Below, piece after piece: positions 59,936 through 64,000 of a stretch of DNA of 64,000 nucleotides. Each line of letters starts with the position of its first letter. Within the stretch, counting starts at the first letter, position 1. This stretch comes from an uncultured Gammaproteobacteria bacterium (GTDB taxonomy: Bacteria; Pseudomonadota; Gammaproteobacteria; JAURND01), in contig CAVQQD010000003.1 of the NCBI GenBank assembly GCA_963714975.1, positions 640,001 through 704,000 of the forward strand, read 5' to 3'. A program made the position numbers and the translations under genes. The notes under the pieces were generated by a model. The model saw only the letters and a list, made by a program, of their open reading frames with translations, did no database searches and had not been told where the DNA came from.

Positions 59936-62239
59936 TCACGAGGATGGGCCTGCTACGTCCTTTTGATAATCCTGTAATTGATAGAGCACACTGCCGTACT
60001 GATCAATAGTATCTAATTGTTCATCATGGTTTTTAAGGAAATACTTCATCGCTACCCAGGCAGCGCCAAAAACAGCAAAGCCAATAATGAAGTTCAATCT
60101 ATCCAGTACATTGGAGCCGTCCCAGGAGGTATAAGCTGGGATGTAAGTTTCCATCGACTTTGGCAGTACAGCGAAACGATAGGCTAAGAGGCTGCCAACC
60201 GCCGTGGATAAGATTAGAAATCCTTTAATGCCATAATCAAAGTTTGTATCCTTTTGTGCCTCGAAATATTCTTCAGCATAAAACTTGTGCGTTGGACGAG
60301 ACTTTTTAGTTTCTGAGTTCGATTTTATTAAGCTTGATTCTGTAGTTGAGTCTGATTCTGAGGGACTGAATAGATTTGAGTCTGTAATTATTGAGCTTGG
60401 AGCTTGATCTTGGGTTGAATTTGTATTTGTTTCGGTTTTAATTGAACCAAGAAGGCTTTCGCTCTCTTCTGGTGTAGAAGAATTACTAAATTGATTAGAT
60501 TTTTTATTGTCATTCACTTCTGGCTTAGGTTCTTGTGCATGGGCAGGATAGTTTAAGGCATTTAATTTAGCAGTGGTCTCTTTCGCCTCTTGCAATTTAT
60601 AGTATTGATTAATAACTTGCGTCACGCCATAGCCAAGGGCAACAATAATCGCTAAGGTACCGATGACATCCACCGTCAGCGGCGCTGGTCCGGCTCCGCC
60701 ATCCTTAAGCAAATGGACTTGGTCATTGATGGTAAAGATAAAAAATTGTAAACCGGTCCACATGCCGATACTTTTAGTGAGCGCTGTAGCTACATAAGCA
60801 AAAGTTTGCTGGGTGTTGCTGGGGGGTTTAAGTTGTTGGGCAAGGTAGGGATGTTGTGGTTGGTTCGCAAGTTGTTCGGATTGAGGGCTGTTAGTTGTTG
60901 TTGGATCAATACCATTTTGCTGTGTGTTTAACTTAGTTTCATTGAGAGACTGAGTAGAAGGAGCAGTAGTGACGGCAGCAGTAACTTGATTATTTTGAGT
61001 AACACTGTTCTTCTTGGTTGCCTTATCCGCCGCCTGCTCCTTGATTTTATCAGTGGCTCGTGACATTAAATACGCTATTTCCTTTGCTTTTGTTGGTTCA
61101 TTGGTTAATGCGGCTTTTCCCTTGCCATGTTTAACTCGCAAATAAGCCGCAGCGCCTGTAATGTACGCAGTGCCTAGGATGAGTCGCGGACAATCCCAAA
61201 GGAAAACTTTAATGAAATTGGGTATTAAGGCTGCAATATTAGCCGCATGTTGAAAAAAACTTAAACCTTTGCCGTCTTTATTTTTATAGCCAATCCAGGT
61301 GAAGGAGAATAAATGTTTCTCTGCCCACTTTGCCCCCAAAAGGTTTTGGTAATTTTCTGGGTGATGATTTAATGCCCAGTTGCGAATGCGCCAACCAATC
61401 AAGGGCACGCAACCCACGAGCAGCGGTATACCAATCCCTAGAAACAAGTTCGCTGTCAGAGAACCTGTTACTATGCCATAACCAAAGCCGGTCCCAGAAA
61501 CCCCTGGCCAGCTGGCGAAGGTGCCGCGAAATATATACTGAAACCAGTAGGTGCAGAAATACATCACCATCATCAGATAAATATCGTCTAGTACATTGCG
61601 CAGCTTTTTAGTTTTTCCCCAGAGAGTTTCTTTCTTAGGAGTTTGAGATTCTGCTTTTTCTTTGAAGGCTAAATACAGTTTATTATTCTTTACCTCCCAG
61701 CTTATTTTTTCGTATTTTGCTTTTAATTCGCTGTTTTTTAGCTGTATTTCCAATTGCTGATTAAATTCTTTTTGTGCAGTTTCTGTATCAACATCATTTT
61801 CTCGCTTGATTTTATTCACAAGGTCCGTCCCAATCTTATTGAGTACGGTAAAAGCATTAAATTCTGCCAGTCGATCTTGTTTTAGTTTATTGGCATAAAC
61901 CGGTAACATGGCCAACAAACCAGAAGCAGCCAGTAGTCCGGCTGAAAGGGGGATATCGCTTCGGGTTTCAGATAGCAGCAATGAATCGTGGTGGCCATAG
62001 TTGAGACTTATTTGGCCCGCCCAACGTACAACGCCGGTGCCTACTGTATCGGTACCATCGATCCCTTTGAGAGCATTACCTGCCACAGAGTCCGTGGAAA
62101 TATAATCTTTTCGTTGAGTGAGTTCAGTGGTAGGCCCGGATTGGGCATTGGCTTCTTGTTGCTTTTCCTCCTCTGGATTAAGCCGCAACTCCATATCAAC
62201 CAGGTAAAGTTTGGATGGATTTGATGTTTGTTCAGTCAT
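59936..62239 (-). CDS. Hypothetical multi-TM protein with S/T/Q-rich linkers; candidate effector
   Basis: 773-aa ORF, probable start MTEQ at 62239; clustered hydrophobic segments; PmrA-type box upstream. Confidence 0.75.
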   Translation of the reverse strand: MTEQTSNPSKLYLVDMELRLNPEEEKQQEANAQSGPTTELTQRKDYISTDSVAGNALKGIDGTDTVGTGVVRWAGQISLNYGHHDSLLLSETRSDIPLSAGLLAASGLLAMLPVYANKLKQDRLAEFNAFTVLNKIGTDLVNKIKRENDVDTETAQKEFNQQLEIQLKNSELKAKYEKISWEVKNNKLYLAFKEKAESQTPKKETLWGKTKKLRNVLDDIYLMMVMYFCTYWFQYIFRGTFASWPGVSGTGFGYGIVTGSLTANLFLGIGIPLLVGCVPLIGWRIRNWALNHHPENYQNLLGAKWAEKHLFSFTWIGYKNKDGKGLSFFQHAANIAALIPNFIKVFLWDCPRLILGTAYITGAAAYLRVKHGKGKAALTNEPTKAKEIAYLMSRATDKIKEQAADKATKKNSVTQNNQVTAAVTTAPSTQSLNETKLNTQQNGIDPTTTNSPQSEQLANQPQHPYLAQQLKPPSNTQQTFAYVATALTKSIGMWTGLQFFIFTINDQVHLLKDGGAGPAPLTVDVIGTLAIIVALGYGVTQVINQYYKLQEAKETTAKLNALNYPAHAQEPKPEVNDNKKSNQFSNSSTPEESESLLGSIKTETNTNSTQDQAPSSIITDSNLFSPSESDSTTESSLIKSNSETKKSRPTHKFYAEEYFEAQKDTNFDYGIKGFLILSTAVGSLLAYRFAVLPKSMETYIPAYTSWDGSNVLDRLNFIIGFAVFGAAWVAMKYFLKNHDEQLDTIDQYGSVLYQLQDYQKDVAGPSS

Positions 62240-62363
62240 AATGATCACGCCTAGCAATTAACCCCACTATTCCTAACCACCGCATTTCCGTCGTCTGCAT
62301 GGGTGACGTGGCAATGGTTGGACCCCTTTATTTTTATATGAATGGTTCCATAACTTTAGCTTA

Positions 62364-62396
62364 AGTTTACTCCTCTTACCTTAAGCGAAAATTAAG
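62364..62396 (-). promoter_or_regulatory. PmrA-type box with -10 element
   Basis: Minus strand cTTAAtttT-N2-cTTAAggta-N7-TAAACT. Confidence 0.55.
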
Positions 62397-62446
62397 GCAT
62401 AAGTGAGTATATTCACTGAGCAATTTATGTTATATGTAGGCACATT

Positions 62447-63535
62447 ATGACTTCTACATCATTGATAGCTAATCTAATAAACCAATACATCGATCCTTAC
62501 TTACAAAAACCCTGGGGTGAGGTTGGGGCAGTCCAAACCATTACTGAAGCGGCTGGTCGTATTGTGGTGCGCATTCGGTTGAGCTATCCAGTGGCGGCTT
62601 TGCAGCAAGCTATTCTTACCCCCTTGCGAGAGCAACTCCAAGAAATCGTACCCCTAGAATCACTGGATATTCAGCTCGAATCGCGGATTGAACCCCGCGT
62701 GACGCAACCCAATGTTCCCAGAATTCCAGGTGTTAAGAACGTTATTGCTGTGGCTTCGGGGAAGGGCGGGGTTGGTAAGTCCACCACGGCAGTCAATTTA
62801 GCTCTCGCGTTGTATTTGGAGGGCGCGCGAGTGGGAATTTTGGACGCGGATATCCATGGCCCTAATCAACCGCACATGTTAGGGGTTACAGAAAAATTAG
62901 TGGTTGAAAACCACACTCGCATCCCCCCCTTGTGGCGTCATGGAATCCAGTCGATGTCGATTGGTTACTTGATTGATAGTACTACCCCGATGATTTGGCG
63001 GGGACCGATGGTCAGTTCCGCTTTGCAACAATTAGTGCGGGATACGGCCTGGGATAATCTCGATTACTTGGTGATTGATTTACCTCCAGGAACCGGCGAT
63101 ATTCAATTGACACTGGCACAAAAGGTTCCAGTATGTGGTGCGGTCATTGTGACTACCCCCCAGCCTGTAGCTTTATTAGATGCGCGCAAGGGGCTGGAGA
63201 TGTTTCGTAAGGTGCAAGTGCCAGTGTTGGGTATTGTGGAAAACATGACGACACATATTTGTCGCCATTGTGGCCATGAAGAAGACATTTTTGGCGCTGA
63301 GGGCGCGCGAAATTTAGCCCAGGCTTGTGAGACCGAAGTGTTGGGTAAGCTGCCATTATCCCAGTCAATTCGTCACTATGCCGATCAAGGCCAGCCCATT
63401 GTTATCGCAGAGCCCGAGTCAGCCATTGCCCAGTGTTATCGAGAAATAGCCCGCCAAGTGGCGGTACGGATTGCCCTGCAGCCTAAGGACTATACGAGTA
63501 AATTTCCTCAGATTCGAGTGGAGAATAACGCATGA
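62447..63535 (+). CDS. apbC: Iron-sulfur cluster carrier ATPase (Mrp/ApbC)
   Basis: [34 protein letters not shown]...CRHC. Confidence 0.95.
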   Translation: MTSTSLIANLINQYIDPYLQKPWGEVGAVQTITEAAGRIVVRIRLSYPVAALQQAILTPLREQLQEIVPLESLDIQLESRIEPRVTQPNVPRIPGVKNVIAVASGKGGVGKSTTAVNLALALYLEGARVGILDADIHGPNQPHMLGVTEKLVVENHTRIPPLWRHGIQSMSIGYLIDSTTPMIWRGPMVSSALQQLVRDTAWDNLDYLVIDLPPGTGDIQLTLAQKVPVCGAVIVTTPQPVALLDARKGLEMFRKVQVPVLGIVENMTTHICRHCGHEEDIFGAEGARNLAQACETEVLGKLPLSQSIRHYADQGQPIVIAEPESAIAQCYREIARQVAVRIALQPKDYTSKFPQIRVENNA

Positions 63536-64000
63536 CTATTAAATCAGATCATTGGATTCGCCGTATGGCGGAACAGCATGGCATGATCGAGCCGTTTGAG
63601 CCTGGACAAGTGCGGCATAATAGTCAGGGAAAAATTGTTTCCTATGGTACCTCAAGCTATGGCTATGATGTGCGTTGTGCCAATGAATTTAAAATTTTCA
63701 CCAACATCAATTCCGCTATCGTGGATCCAAAAGCCTTTGACGGTAAAAGTTTCATGGATGTGCGTGCCGATGTTTGCATTATCCCGCCTAATTCCTTTGC
63801 GTTAGCGCGCACGATTGAATATTTTCGCATCCCCCGCAATGTGCTCACCATTTGCGTTGGAAAATCCACTTATGCGCGGTGTGGGATTATTGTTAATGTA
63901 ACCCCACTTGAGCCAGAATGGGAGGGCCAAGTGACTTTGGAATTTTCCAATACCACCAATTTACCGGCAAAAATTTATGCCAATGAAGGGGTGGCACAAA
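63532..64000 (+). CDS. dcd: dCTP deaminase (runs off the window end; not in the ORF track)
   Basis: Manual translation: [12 protein letters not shown]...[13 protein letters not shown]...GKSTYARCG...LEPEWEG. Confidence 0.95.
   Translation, partial: MTIKSDHWIRRMAEQHGMIEPFEPGQVRHNSQGKIVSYGTSSYGYDVRCANEFKIFTNINSAIVDPKAFDGKSFMDVRADVCIIPPNSFALARTIEYFRIPRNVLTICVGKSTYARCGIIVNVTPLEPEWEGQVTLEFSNTTNLPAKIYANEGVAQ

Noticed and set aside
62270-62325. Weak hairpin in the leader of the 773-aa gene
   Set aside because: Short imperfect stems, no second copy, no recognised riboswitch motif.
2770-63869. Many 60-140 aa ORFs overlapping confident genes
   Set aside because: Antisense or off-frame shadows of well-supported CDSs.
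1-64000. CRISPR array, tRNA/rRNA, prophage
   Set aside because: No regularly spaced direct repeats with unique spacers, no cas or phage structural genes, and no recognisable tRNA/rRNA; the repeats are dispersed palindromes.

Overview
Bacterial chromosomal window. It is most consistent with a Legionellales/Coxiellaceae-like gammaproteobacterium, an inference from four PmrA-type promoter boxes before orphan effector-like genes plus feoABC, gcvR-bcp and mrp-dcd. In order it holds: a receiver protein; a Rpn-like nuclease gene split by a palindrome-bounded IS66-fragment/GIY-YIG cassette; glgE; two paralogous membrane-anchored orphan genes; Fur-boxed feoABC and an APC permease; gcvR-bcp; a ~22 kb LPS/O-antigen cluster; an SDR, ttcA and an MFS pump; a heme-oxygenase-like protein beside a broken flavin monooxygenase; divergent argCJBD / argFG(-orphan-)argH with tandem ARG boxes; etfBA; MFS, ABC-F and DUF4142 genes; two large orphan proteins; mrp; and a truncated dcd. 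The most unusual layer is non-coding: more than 25 palindromic elements from at least five families. Three stand out. (1) A GC-rich rod-like hairpin family with a conserved, covarying core and copy-specific arms, up to 83 bp perfect, has four copies, three of them around the arg genes. (2) A REP-like pair brackets a GIY-YIG nuclease. (3) Two different palindromes are inserted in frame in argJ. No rRNA, tRNA, CRISPR array or prophage was seen. All calls come from reading by eye; no database searches were run.
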